Source: Minisyncoccia bacterium (GTDB lineage Bacteria; Patescibacteriota; Minisyncoccia; Phycocordibacterales; UBA9973). Taken from it: DNA of 45,728 nucleotides. Shown here one piece after another: positions 17,515 through 27,233 of this stretch. The notes under the pieces were generated by a model. The model did not search any database, was not told where the DNA came from, and was given only the letters and a program-made list of their open reading frames with translations. The stretch is taken from assembly GCA_038244685.1 (NCBI GenBank), contig JBBRTD010000005.1:1-45728 (forward strand). Direction: 5' to 3'. Position numbers and translations under genes: made by a program. The first letter of the stretch is position 1. Each line of letters starts with the position of its first letter.

Positions 17515-17757
17515 TTTTCAATAAAGGGGTAATTCCGGTCAGTTAAATTAGTTAGCCGATTTGTTTATAATACTAATCTGCATAAATAACTATATGACCC
17601 AAGAGAACAAGAACCCAACCTCTCTGGTAGAAGTTATTAAGTCCTGCAATTGTAAAAATTGTAGGACTTTTTATATAAAGGTTTCCACTTCGCCCCAGAG
17701 AGAGTTCAGAGATTTTAATCATGCTATATCATGATTGTTTTGGTGTATAATAAAATC

Positions 17758-18204
17758 ATGAAACATATTAACTTAAAAGGCTCTTGGGTTATTAAAGCTC
17801 CTATTGATCAAGTTTTTAAAATTATTAGTGATTTTGAAAATATGCCAAATAATTTTCCGACCGTTGCAGAGTCATTAGTTATTACAAAAAAAGATGGTAA
17901 TAAATTAGAAATCGATGCAAAAGCAAAGTCTTTCGGCATGGTATTTCCAGTTAAAATGAAAACAGAAATTATTCCAAGGGTTGGATATATTTCTGATAAT
18001 GAGAATTCAAAATTAGGTATATCTGGTCATGAAGAATTTTTAATGGAAGAAATAGGAGAAGGAACGAAGATTAATTATACTTACGAGGTTGATATTCATA
18101 ATAAATGGCTAAGGGTTATAGCTAAGCCGCTCATAGGTTGGTATTCAATGAAGTTTTGGGAAAAAGCTTTTATCGATAGATTAAAAGATATTATTAAAAA
18201 ATAA
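17758..18204 (+). CDS. SRPBCC/polyketide cyclase-like protein
   Basis: IKAPIDQVFKIISDFENMPNNFP, GTKINYTYE and C-terminal helix; leaderless start. Confidence 0.85.
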   Translation: MKHINLKGSWVIKAPIDQVFKIISDFENMPNNFPTVAESLVITKKDGNKLEIDAKAKSFGMVFPVKMKTEIIPRVGYISDNENSKLGISGHEEFLMEEIGEGTKINYTYEVDIHNKWLRVIAKPLIGWYSMKFWEKAFIDRLKDIIKK

Positions 18205-18318
18205 AGATTATTATTCAATTTTTCTTATAAAAGTTTTAACTTTATCTCAAGTTCGGAGCCCTAAAAATCACCTATATTTATTAGGTGATTTTTTCTTATT
18301 TGTTATAAATTCAAACCC

Positions 18319-18359
18319 ATTGACTTTACATATTGAAAAATGTAATGTGAAGAAAAAAT
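18319..18359 (+). promoter_or_regulatory. promoter duplicated at 20896-20936, with internal TTACA-N10-TGTAA operator-like repeat
   Basis: 38 of 41 nt identical between copies; TTGACT-17-TAATGT. Confidence 0.75.
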
Positions 18360-18386
18360 TCAATTCACAATTTAAAATTAAATCTT

Positions 18387-18779
18387 ATGAATAAGAATCA
18401 GGAACAGATAAAAGAAAAAATAAGAAAACTTTTATCGCAAGATTGTAATTTTGTAATAAAAGCAGTCCTTGAAAATCTTCCATGGCCCAAGGAAGTTGAT
18501 ACCGATAATAAATACTTTGTAAGGGAAGACGATGGCGACGGAGCAGTAAGAGGGATTAGTGTTCATTTTTTAGATAATGGAGATAGTATCATAGATCTCA
18601 GAGAATGCTGCATAGAATCTCATTTTGTTGAGTCTGAAATTTATTCAACACCACATGTTTACAGATTTCGTAACGTTTGTGGTGGCAGTATGAATCCATT
18701 GATTCAAAAAGCATTATTATTACTGGCTCTTACGATAGTAAATGACCCAGATGAAAAAATTAAAAATGAAACCTCTTAA
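18387..18779 (+). CDS. hypothetical protein, phage-like
   Basis: DDGDG...NGD...RFRxxxGGS...ALLLLA motif resembles uncharacterised phage proteins (from memory). Confidence 0.7.
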   Translation: MNKNQEQIKEKIRKLLSQDCNFVIKAVLENLPWPKEVDTDNKYFVREDDGDGAVRGISVHFLDNGDSIIDLRECCIESHFVESEIYSTPHVYRFRNVCGGSMNPLIQKALLLLALTIVNDPDEKIKNETS

Positions 18780-18794
18780 AATTTTTTAATTATT

Positions 18795-19049
18795 ATGGAA
18801 CAAACTAGATCTAAACAAGTTGATTTAGCAAAATCTATATTTTCTGGTATTGCTTTAGATAAGGATGGCTACTGCGGTTGTCCTAATTGCGGCTCCAGAG
18901 AGTTATTGCACGACGGGAATACTCTTGATAATGGTTCTTTGTATTGTTTGATATGCTATTTCTCAGTTTCTGGTAATGATCCTTACGAGATGGTTTCTCG
19001 TTGGAATTCAATAAACAGAGAATCATTCCAGTTGAAAATACTTTTTTAA
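18795..19049 (+). CDS. Lar (restriction alleviation)-like zinc-ribbon protein
   Basis: CPNCGS...CLIC...RWN pattern of the Lar_restr_allev family. Confidence 0.65.
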   Translation: MEQTRSKQVDLAKSIFSGIALDKDGYCGCPNCGSRELLHDGNTLDNGSLYCLICYFSVSGNDPYEMVSRWNSINRESFQLKILF

Positions 19050-19187
19050 TAAAAAGCCCTACCTCTCATTAAGATGTTAAGGGGCTTTTTTTGTATTTTT
19101 CCAAAAAAGTTCCAACCCCGTCCCAAATTTGGAGTAGACATATTCAGCTATTAACATTGAATCTTTTCTTTATGATATAATAATTTT

Positions 19188-19397
19188 ATGCAAAAAATAG
19201 CTACACGAATTTTTATTTATTCATCTATTGTTTTTGGAATTATTGGTATTTTAGTTGTTATAACTGGTTCAGGTCCCGATTCTCCCGATTCTAATATAAG
19301 CAAAATATTTATTAGACTTTTATTTGCAACTGTTTTTGTTATACTGCCTTCATTTGCATTGAGTATTGCCAGTAAGTATCTAAACGATAAATCTTAA
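19188..19397 (+). CDS. small 2-TM membrane protein
   Basis: Two hydrophobic helices; leaderless TGATATAAT promoter. Confidence 0.8.
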   Translation: MQKIATRIFIYSSIVFGIIGILVVITGSGPDSPDSNISKIFIRLLFATVFVILPSFALSIASKYLNDKS

Positions 19398-19466
19398 TCC
19401 TAAACAATAGTGTTTTTACTAATAATTTAAAATAGAATTAAAACTTAATTAAAAGTTTTAAATAGA

Positions 19467-19724
19467 TTATTTAGAGCGATGAATGCAGCCAGCCCAACAA
19501 CAAGGTCGACGCATTCCGCCCTTAATTTTCGATATGGTTTTCTTGATGCGTATATTCCTTGTCTCGGCTTTTTTGCCTGAAATAACCCAACATATCCATT
19601 CATTACGCGCAAGTGGGGTAATATCATTCCAGATAGCTTTTGCAGCAAGAGAAGTAGACATAGCCTTCCTTAAATCCTCTGGCATTTCATGTGGCAATTT
19701 GGAAATAGTCTCTTTTGGGGTCAT
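19467..19724 (-). CDS. YdeI/OmpD-associated (OmdA) family protein
   Basis: PEDL...W..ITPLARNEWICWV..GKK.ETR..RI, RRPCCWAGC.HR. Confidence 0.88.
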   Translation of the reverse strand: MTPKETISKLPHEMPEDLRKAMSTSLAAKAIWNDITPLARNEWICWVISGKKAETRNIRIKKTISKIKGGMRRPCCWAGCIHRSK

Positions 19725-19845
19725 AAGATTATTTTATCAAATTTTCTGAATACAGCAATTCGAACATTGTGATAATTATAGCTAGATTTTTAGATCTATT
19801 TTAATTATCTGTATAGATTATGCACTAAATGATATACTTAAGATT

Positions 19846-20337
19846 ATGAAAAAAATTGGAATTATAAATGAACATAATTTTTCTGAAGAGAAAATAAATG
19901 AACTTCCTGTTCGTAAAAAAGTTAGAGGTTTAATTTATAAGAACAATAATAATTTAGTTTGTATAGAAGAAAATGGTTATGGTATAAAACATCTATTAAA
20001 ACTTCCAGGGGGAAGCGTAGAAAAGAATGAGAGTAACATAAAGGCAATAAAGCGTGAAATTTTAGAAGAAACTGGATATGAAATAGACAATGTAAAATGT
20101 ATTGGTTTTATAGAAAATATTAGAAAAGAATACAAAATATACATAACATACTATGTGGCAAAAACGAAAGGCAAGCAGAAGAAATTAAAACTTACAGAGG
20201 AAGAACTGAAGGTTGAGACAAAGCCAATAGAAATAGAGGCAGAAATAGCAATGAAGAGAATTAAAGATGAATATAATAAAGCTCATAATGATAGCTCATT
20301 AAGAGATATTATGGTATTTGATGAATTAATTAAATAA
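19846..20337 (+). CDS. Nudix hydrolase
   Basis: LPGGSVEKNESNIKAIKREILEETGY Nudix box. Confidence 0.92.
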   Translation: MKKIGIINEHNFSEEKINELPVRKKVRGLIYKNNNNLVCIEENGYGIKHLLKLPGGSVEKNESNIKAIKREILEETGYEIDNVKCIGFIENIRKEYKIYITYYVAKTKGKQKKLKLTEEELKVETKPIEIEAEIAMKRIKDEYNKAHNDSSLRDIMVFDELIK

Positions 20338-20343
20338 ATCAAT

Positions 20344-20793
20344 ATGGATAATAAAAATATAATTATAAAAGTAAGAGGAGTTATTATATATGATAATAAA
20401 TTACTAATAGTAAAACACAAACAATCTAATTTTATGGCTCTTCCTGGGGGACATCTAGAATATGGGGAGGATGTAGTTGCTTGCTTAAAGAGAGAACTTG
20501 TTGAAGAGTTAGGAGTTTTACCTGAAATAGGAAGGTTGTTGTATATAAATACTTTTATGGATAATAAAAAAGATGAGTATGTGGAATTTTTCTTTGAGAT
20601 TAAAAATGGAGAAAATTATTTAAATATAGATGGATTAGAAAGAACTCATGCTCATGAATTATCTCAAATATTATGGGTTTCTCCTGATACGGACATTGAA
20701 TTTTTGCCAAAACAATTTGATGAAGATTTTAAAAATAATAAGATTTTTAAAGGAGAAACTAAATTTATTAATGAGTTAGATACTAATCAATAG
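20344..20793 (+). CDS. Nudix hydrolase
   Basis: LPGGHLEYGEDVVACLKRELVEELGV Nudix box. Confidence 0.92.
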   Translation: MDNKNIIIKVRGVIIYDNKLLIVKHKQSNFMALPGGHLEYGEDVVACLKRELVEELGVLPEIGRLLYINTFMDNKKDEYVEFFFEIKNGENYLNIDGLERTHAHELSQILWVSPDTDIEFLPKQFDEDFKNNKIFKGETKFINELDTNQ

Positions 20794-20962
20794 AGTCAAA
20801 ATATATGCATGCTTTGCTTGGTATATTTTTAGAAATATTTTAACTTAAGGTTAAGGTCTGTCATTATAGATAGGCCTTTTGTAAAATTTAAGTCTATTGA
20901 CTTTACAAATTGAAAAATGTAATGTATAGAAAAAATAGTACTAATTATTAAAAATAGAAAAG

Positions 20963-21367
20963 ATGAGGCAGTTTGAAAAAGTTTTAGGAATTGGAATTTT
21001 TGCGTTATTGATATACTCAATAATTAGCATAATAATTAATTTTTTTGATACGAGATTTTACTCGCTAATCCCAAATATTACTATCTTGCTTATAGCTGGA
21101 TTATTATCAGGCTTTATGGGATCCTTTGCTCCTTTCTGGAACACAGGCAAGTATCTTAAGATTAATAAAGTGGAAATAATTGTTGCTTATGAAGTTAAGT
21201 ATAAAGTTAAATTTATTTGCCACTTTTTAGGGTATTTAGGGGTAATTTGTATACTTAAGTCAAAGTTAATTTTTGATTCTTTCTGGTGGATTGGAGTATT
21301 TATAACTATATGGTATTTAATATATCTTTATATAATTATATTTAAACGACCGCTAAAAGAAGAATAA
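20963..21367 (+). CDS. hypothetical 4-TM membrane protein
   Basis: Four hydrophobic segments; own promoter at 20896. Confidence 0.75.
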   Translation: MRQFEKVLGIGIFALLIYSIISIIINFFDTRFYSLIPNITILLIAGLLSGFMGSFAPFWNTGKYLKINKVEIIVAYEVKYKVKFICHFLGYLGVICILKSKLIFDSFWWIGVFITIWYLIYLYIIIFKRPLKEE

Positions 21368-21390
21368 ATTTTTAATCTAATAACTAAAAG

Positions 21391-21831
21391 ATGAGAAAAA
21401 TTTTTTTATTAAGACATGGAGACTATGAAGGATCCGTGTCTGATCCGGTGTTATCGGATACAGGGAAGCAACAATCGCTATCGTTAGCTAATAAAATTAA
21501 GTTGAACTTAAATGGCTATACTGGTGATGTAACAATTTGGACATCTACTGCAAACAGAGCAAAAGGGATGGCTCAGATTATAAAGCAGGAGCTTCAACTG
21601 GCTTCATTAATTGAGATAGAAAATCTCTGGAGTGACAGCCGTCATGAATACCACTTTCGCTGGTTGAAAGAGGAACTTAATGGTTTTAAGGGAGAAGTTT
21701 TGATAATTATTTCACATTTGGAATATGTCAGAGATTTTCCAGAAATGTTAGGTTTCCCTGGAAATAAAGCAGGTTATGCTCAGGGGGTATTGATAGAAGA
21801 AGGGAGGTGTAATAATTTCAATTTTAATTAA
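21391..21831 (+). CDS. histidine phosphatase superfamily (SixA-like)
   Basis: LLRHG, LSDTGKQQ, TSTANRA, ISH motifs. Confidence 0.85.
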   Translation: MRKIFLLRHGDYEGSVSDPVLSDTGKQQSLSLANKIKLNLNGYTGDVTIWTSTANRAKGMAQIIKQELQLASLIEIENLWSDSRHEYHFRWLKEELNGFKGEVLIIISHLEYVRDFPEMLGFPGNKAGYAQGVLIEEGRCNNFNFN

Positions 21832-21978
21832 GTAAATACATTAAGAACGGTGTGGATTATTCCATATCGTTCTTTTTAGTTATATTATAATGCATATTTT
21901 GTGATTATTTAAACTTACTACTATATGTGCGTATATATAATATGATATAATTTATATTATATTTAAATTAATAAATTT

Positions 21979-22506
21979 ATGTCTATTTTGTATAAAAGTT
22001 CATCATTTGAAACTTATGCGTACTATGTTATCTATCCAGTATTAATCGGAATAAGTGTATTCTTTTCTTTCGGAATATTTTCTTATGGTAATTTAAGTTT
22101 ATTCACTGCTCTTTTTGCTGTATTTTTTATTTTCATATTTATTATCTCGATAGATTCTTTATGCAGACTAAGATATATCGAAATTACTGAAGACCAGATC
22201 ATAATTAAAAAAATAACAGGAAGTGAAATAGTTCAATTTGAAAATGTTGAATATGTATATAATTTGATAAACATAAATGGTAACTCTCTTATTGTTAGAT
22301 ACAAAGACTCACAAACACAAAAATCAAAAGTTATTTTAGTAAGACCAGATGAGAAAAATCCATCACCAGAAACTGGCTTTCCTGTTTATGCTTATGGTTC
22401 AACCGATTTAAACATAACAAAATTTATAAAAGAAAAGGCCATGAAGGCAAACCCTAATTACCTGTATGCAAGTAGTCCTCGCTGGTTTTTGTTGGGTCTT
22501 AAATAA
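21979..22506 (+). CDS. hypothetical membrane protein (2 TM plus beta-rich PH-like domain)
   Basis: Two N-terminal TM helices then IEITEDQIIIKK...IVQFENVE pattern. Confidence 0.7.
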   Translation: MSILYKSSSFETYAYYVIYPVLIGISVFFSFGIFSYGNLSLFTALFAVFFIFIFIISIDSLCRLRYIEITEDQIIIKKITGSEIVQFENVEYVYNLININGNSLIVRYKDSQTQKSKVILVRPDEKNPSPETGFPVYAYGSTDLNITKFIKEKAMKANPNYLYASSPRWFLLGLK

Positions 22507-22549
22507 ATATGCGTGCTTTATAAGTTATAAATTAAGGTATAATTGAGAT

Positions 22550-23050
22550 ATGAATAAGAATAGAATTTTAATTATTTCAATCGCAATTATAATTTGTATA
22601 TTTATTGGTTGTATAGTTTTTTATAACCCGTTTCTTAATCAAGCAAAAATATCTTCAAAGAATAACTCTCAATTTCCACCATCGAATACTTTATGCTTCG
22701 ATAGTTTTACCAATGCTCTTAATAATGGTTATGCCGATGGTTTCCGTATACCAGCGTTTAATTTTAGAGATGTGTCACATTTCAGATGTGCATCTCGGCT
22801 TGGTTTTGATCAGTATGAAATAAGAGCGACAGATAAAGAAGGGCATTCTTTTTATATCCATAAAGATGGAGGAGGGATGGCGGCTTCAGGTGCTGATACC
22901 GTTTATAATTTTTGCTATAAAAAAGATAATAATATTATAAGAAATGAGAAGCTGTCTGGACGTGAATCCACTAAAGAGATAGGAACTTGTTTCTGGACTG
23001 ATAATTTTCCCTCAAATCCAACAAGTGAATATGAGTTTAATCACAATTAA
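22550..23050 (+). CDS. hypothetical secreted/anchored protein
   Basis: N-terminal TM; four Cys in the soluble domain; leaderless promoter. Confidence 0.75.
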   Translation: MNKNRILIISIAIIICIFIGCIVFYNPFLNQAKISSKNNSQFPPSNTLCFDSFTNALNNGYADGFRIPAFNFRDVSHFRCASRLGFDQYEIRATDKEGHSFYIHKDGGGMAASGADTVYNFCYKKDNNIIRNEKLSGRESTKEIGTCFWTDNFPSNPTSEYEFNHN

Positions 23051-23150
23051 AATTTACTTTTTGAGTTATTTCTGTGTTTAAAAAATATTGACAATATAAG
23101 ATATTAGAAGTAATCTGAAGAAAAATTGTCTCACTAAAACTGTATATATT

Positions 23151-23783
23151 ATGCCAAAAATTAAGAGAGTAATCTTAACAGGGTTTCGCCCTTTTGGAAA
23201 TTATTTGTTTAATCCCACAGAAGACCTTATATATTATTATGATGATTTACCTAAAAGTATTAAATCAATTAATATATTTGGGGTTGTCCTACCTTGTACC
23301 TATTTTGGAGCATTTGAGGTTTTGTCTAAAATGATAAATGGGATAAAGCCAGATGCAATTATAAGCTTAGGATTATCGTCTTCAGTAAAAGGGATTAGGA
23401 TTGAAACAGTTTTCCGGAATTTAATGTTAGGGAAATATGCTGATGCTGATGGTTGTATGCCAGTTGAGCTACCTATTTGTACTGGATTAGAGGCAAGGGA
23501 ATATTTAGCTTCAACGGCTGATAATATTTCTTTGGCAAATTCATTGCACTTAGCGAAAATTCCAGTTGAAGTTTCAGGGGATGCAGATACTTTTATTTGT
23601 AATTCTTTGGGCTACTTAACTACCAAAAAGATTTTAGATAATAATCTTCACACAAGGAATATGTTCATTCATATCCCCTGGACTGATGACTATGAATCAA
23701 AAATTCTATTAGGTCCAAATAAGATCTTTCTAGAAAAGGAAGAGTTGCATCAAGCAGTTGAGCTGTTGATTAAAAATATTTAA
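23151..23783 (+). CDS. pcp: pyroglutamyl-peptidase I (C15)
   Basis: LTGFRPFG..NP, IRIE (Glu), DADTFICN (Cys), FIHIP (His). Confidence 0.9.
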   Translation: MPKIKRVILTGFRPFGNYLFNPTEDLIYYYDDLPKSIKSINIFGVVLPCTYFGAFEVLSKMINGIKPDAIISLGLSSSVKGIRIETVFRNLMLGKYADADGCMPVELPICTGLEAREYLASTADNISLANSLHLAKIPVEVSGDADTFICNSLGYLTTKKILDNNLHTRNMFIHIPWTDDYESKILLGPNKIFLEKEELHQAVELLIKNI

Positions 23784-23914
23784 TTACTAAAGAAATCAAG
23801 AACCACAATACGTCTTAATCGACAGGAGTGGTTCTTTTTTTTTGTTGAAATTTACCCGCCAGAGTCGTTCATGTTTCTATCTACAGATATTCCCAGTTAT
23901 GTTATTATTAATTT

Positions 23915-24991
23915 ATGGAAGAAATAAAAAATAAAAACCTTGGTTATAATGAATATTTTGAATCTAATAGAAAAAAATTAAAATTAGGTGAATCTTCTAT
24001 TGCACGAGTTATTTCTGAATATAAAGGGGCATATAAGATAAAAAATTCAGCTGGTGAATATTTTGCCAAAGTAACAGGTAAAAAGATTTTTAATGCTTTA
24101 TCTAGAGAAGATTACCCAGCTGTGGGAGATTGGGTTGTGATAAATGAGCAGGACCCTGAGTGGGCGATAATCAGAGATATTTTACCAAGACAGACATTAA
24201 TAAAAAGAAAATATAACAATAAAAATGGAATTCAAATTATTGCAACTAACATTGATGTAGCTTTTATTGTAGAATCTATTGGTAGAGATTTTAATTTAAA
24301 TCGTTTTGAAAGATATTTTGCTATAACAAAAGACGGAGGGGTCAAGTCTACTATTATTTTAAATAAAATAGATTTAATTTCTAAGGAAGAATTAGAATTG
24401 AAATTAAATCAAATAAAAGATAGATTCAAAAATGTTGATATTATTTTAACTAGTGCTTTAGCAGAAATAGGATTAGAAGAATTAAGATCGTATATCTTGC
24501 CCGGGAAAACATATTGCTTTCTCGGATCTTCTGGGGTAGGGAAATCATCTTTGATTAATAAATTACTTGAAGAAAATGCGATAGAAACAAAAGCGATAAG
24601 TTTTCAGACGGAAAGAGGAAAACATACTACCACTAGCCGAGAAATGTATTTTTTAAAAAATGGTGGCATTGTTATAGATAATCCAGGAATGAGAGAAATT
24701 GGAATGACAAACGTTAACGAGGGAGTAGATAATACATTTAATGAAATAAAAGAATTAGCTTCAAGTTGTAAATTCGTTGACTGCTCTCATATTTCTGAAC
24801 CAGGATGTAATGTTTTATTAGCCTTAGACTCTGGTAAGTTAAATTTAGAAAAATATTCCAATTATATTAATTTAAAAAGAGAATCTGATTATTATGAAAT
24901 GACTGAGATTGAAAAAAAAGAGAAAGATTATAAATTCGGAAAATTTATTAAAAAAGCCAAAAAAGAAATAGAAAAATATAAAAATAAATAG
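23915..24991 (+). CDS. rsgA: ribosome small subunit-dependent GTPase A
   Basis: PAVGDWV, NKID, GSSGVGKSSLIN, GKHTT, DNPG, CKFVDCSHISEPGC zinc site. Confidence 0.95.
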   Translation: MEEIKNKNLGYNEYFESNRKKLKLGESSIARVISEYKGAYKIKNSAGEYFAKVTGKKIFNALSREDYPAVGDWVVINEQDPEWAIIRDILPRQTLIKRKYNNKNGIQIIATNIDVAFIVESIGRDFNLNRFERYFAITKDGGVKSTIILNKIDLISKEELELKLNQIKDRFKNVDIILTSALAEIGLEELRSYILPGKTYCFLGSSGVGKSSLINKLLEENAIETKAISFQTERGKHTTTSREMYFLKNGGIVIDNPGMREIGMTNVNEGVDNTFNEIKELASSCKFVDCSHISEPGCNVLLALDSGKLNLEKYSNYINLKRESDYYEMTEIEKKEKDYKFGKFIKKAKKEIEKYKNK

Positions 24992-25101
24992 GATACAATA
25001 TTCATTCATATTTTATTTTTTTAAAAAAGTCTTTTATTGACATTGTTTATTATTTGGAATAATCTAATAGAAAATATCTAAAATCACTAAAAAATATAAA
25101 T

Positions 25102-25533
25102 ATGATTTATCTAGAGAGACCAGAAAATTTTAATAGTATATTTGAAGTTGCAAGTTGTTTCTTTGAAAGGGATGGAAAATTTCTGCTTTTGCTTCGTCAG
25201 GATTATAAGCCACAAGGTAATACCTGGGGCGTTCCTGCCGGTAAGGTTGAGTTAAATGAAGAGCCATTGGATGCTATAAGTAGAGAGCTCGAAGAAGAAA
25301 CTGGTTATAAAGCAAATAAGGATAATTTTACATTTACAAAAACAATTTATGTAAAATATCCTAATTATGACTTCATATACCATATCTATTCATTTTCATT
25401 AAAAGAAAGCTTTGAGGTGAAGATTGACCCGAAGGCCCATAAGGAATTTAAGTGGGCAACACCAGATGAGGCATTAAGTATGGATTATATTCAAGACTTA
25501 GATGCCTGTATTAAAATTCAATATAATTTGTAA
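25102..25533 (+). CDS. Nudix hydrolase
   Basis: WGVPAGKVELNEEPLDAISRELEEETGY. Confidence 0.92.
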   Translation: MIYLERPENFNSIFEVASCFFERDGKFLLLLRQDYKPQGNTWGVPAGKVELNEEPLDAISRELEEETGYKANKDNFTFTKTIYVKYPNYDFIYHIYSFSLKESFEVKIDPKAHKEFKWATPDEALSMDYIQDLDACIKIQYNL

Positions 25534-25621
25534 TACAATTGCCCCTCTCTACAGAAGGGGCAATTTTGTTTTATATTACTTTGTGGAAGTTTTAACCTTT
25601 GGTATAATTAATCATATATAT

Positions 25622-25783
25622 ATGGTCATAGATATAGAGCTCACTTTAAATAGGTTTGGATTTGGAAAAATTTCTGAGAATAAATTTCAGTTCTTTTGTT
25701 TTAGATTTTCTAAATGGAAAATTACCAATAAATATTCCATCTCTTTTGAAATAAATTGGAGGGGCAAAGAAGAGGCGAAATAA
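25622..25783 (+). CDS. small hypothetical protein (53 aa)
   Basis: ATG 25622 follows TGGTATAAT; the ORF-track start crosses terminator 25536-25567. Confidence 0.55.
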   Translation: MVIDIELTLNRFGFGKISENKFQFFCFRFSKWKITNKYSISFEINWRGKEEAK

Positions 25784-25832
25784 TAGATTTTGATTTTATC
25801 CACTATTTTAAATATTTTGTTACAATATGTAG

Positions 25833-27059
25833 ATGCGAAATATAGTAGATAATTTATTTCTCCATGTCGATGGCGACTCATTCTTCGTGGCCTGTGAGGT
25901 ATCTCAGCACCCCGAATATATAGGGTTGCCTGTTATTGTGGGTGAGGATAGAGGAATAGCGGTGGCGATGAGTTACGAAGCAAAGAAGCTTGGAGTCACT
26001 CGTGGTATGCCAGTATTCCAAATAAAAAAACAATTTCCTAATGTTATTATCCTTCCACACCATTTTGATTTATATAGAAAGATTTCATCTGATGTATACA
26101 ATATCTTTTTATCTTATCTTGAATTAGTAGAAATTTATAGCATAGATGAATGTTTTATGATTGTAAAACCGTCTGATATAAAATACGCTGGCTCACCAGA
26201 AAAGCTTTTGAATTCCATCAAGGATGAGATTAAAAAGAAAATAGGGGTCACTTACTCTTTTGGTCTTGGTCGTACTAAGGTTCTTGCAAAGACTGCGTCT
26301 AAATTACAGAAACCCAATGGTATGGTTTTGCTTTTAAACGAACAAGACGAAGTGGAGGCTCTTAAGAAAACTTCCATTAATGATGTTTGGGGCATAGGTA
26401 GGCAAACAATTCCAAGGCTACATGATATGGGTATAAAAACTGCTTATGACTTTGTGCATTATTCTGTTGATCATATTAAAAAATATTTTCCTGAGCCTCT
26501 ATTGCATATTCAACAAGAATTATCCGGCAAGTCAGTATTGGAATTTGATTCTAATCATGATCCGCGGGATCAGAAGTCGATTCAATCAACAGCAACCTTT
26601 AAACCATCCTCTAATGATCCTAAAATAATATTTGCTGAATTATCTCTAAATATTGAAAGAGCATGCGAGCACGCAAGGGAATTAAATCTTATGACAAATT
26701 CGGTTTCATTTTTTGTAAAAAATACAAATTTTATTATTCGTGCAGGTGATAGTCATCTATCTGTGTATACTACTAATCCGAGTGTAATACTAAACACAAT
26801 TAAGCCCGCTTTTTATAAATTATTACATAATGATGAAATGATTCGTTCAACTGGAATTACTTTATGTAATCTACGCAGAGGTGAAGAGGTACCGAGGGAT
26901 TTATTTGGAATACAAGAAGTATCCGAAGCCAAAAATATTGTAGAAGATGTAAGCGATAGTATTAGAGCGAAATTTGGGAATAATTCCATTAAGCACGCTT
27001 CTTCACTTAAGGGAGGTGTAAAACAAAGAGGGAATTCTTTTCCTAAGACGCATCAATAA
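25833..27059 (+). CDS. dinB: Y-family DNA polymerase (DinB/UmuC-like)
   Basis: HVDGDSFFVACE, SYEAKKLGV, YSIDE, AKTASK..KPNG, VWGIG, clamp-like RDLF. Confidence 0.92.
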   Translation: MRNIVDNLFLHVDGDSFFVACEVSQHPEYIGLPVIVGEDRGIAVAMSYEAKKLGVTRGMPVFQIKKQFPNVIILPHHFDLYRKISSDVYNIFLSYLELVEIYSIDECFMIVKPSDIKYAGSPEKLLNSIKDEIKKKIGVTYSFGLGRTKVLAKTASKLQKPNGMVLLLNEQDEVEALKKTSINDVWGIGRQTIPRLHDMGIKTAYDFVHYSVDHIKKYFPEPLLHIQQELSGKSVLEFDSNHDPRDQKSIQSTATFKPSSNDPKIIFAELSLNIERACEHARELNLMTNSVSFFVKNTNFIIRAGDSHLSVYTTNPSVILNTIKPAFYKLLHNDEMIRSTGITLCNLRRGEEVPRDLFGIQEVSEAKNIVEDVSDSIRAKFGNNSIKHASSLKGGVKQRGNSFPKTHQ

Positions 27060-27233
27060 TATATTTTATCTTTAAATTATTATAATTGACAAATCGCCAT
27101 AGTAATGCTATTATCACAAACGTAATTGATCTTTAATATAAGGTTATTTTTGGTTTTTTTTAGTGAATTACTTTGGTCTTTTTATTAAGAGGCTAGTGTA
27201 ATTCACTAAATATATAACTAAATAATAAACATC

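Larger units (their letters stand above)
15232..19136 (+). repeat. five dispersed copies of a ~21-23-bp cassette-junction motif
   Basis: 15232-15254, 17160-17180, 17677-17697, 18238-18260, 19114-19136; first/last 21 of 23 identical, second/third 20 of 21 identical. Confidence 0.7.

Noticed and set aside
17594-17734. 46-codon ORF MTQENKNPTSLVEVIKSCNCKNC...
   Set aside because: Runs through a terminator hairpin and a junction repeat; at best a truncated remnant
15232-19136. CRISPR array or classical integron attC sites
   Set aside because: Repeats are 0.5-1.9 kb apart with whole genes between; no cas or intI; no RYYYAAC...GTTRRRY palindromic attC structure
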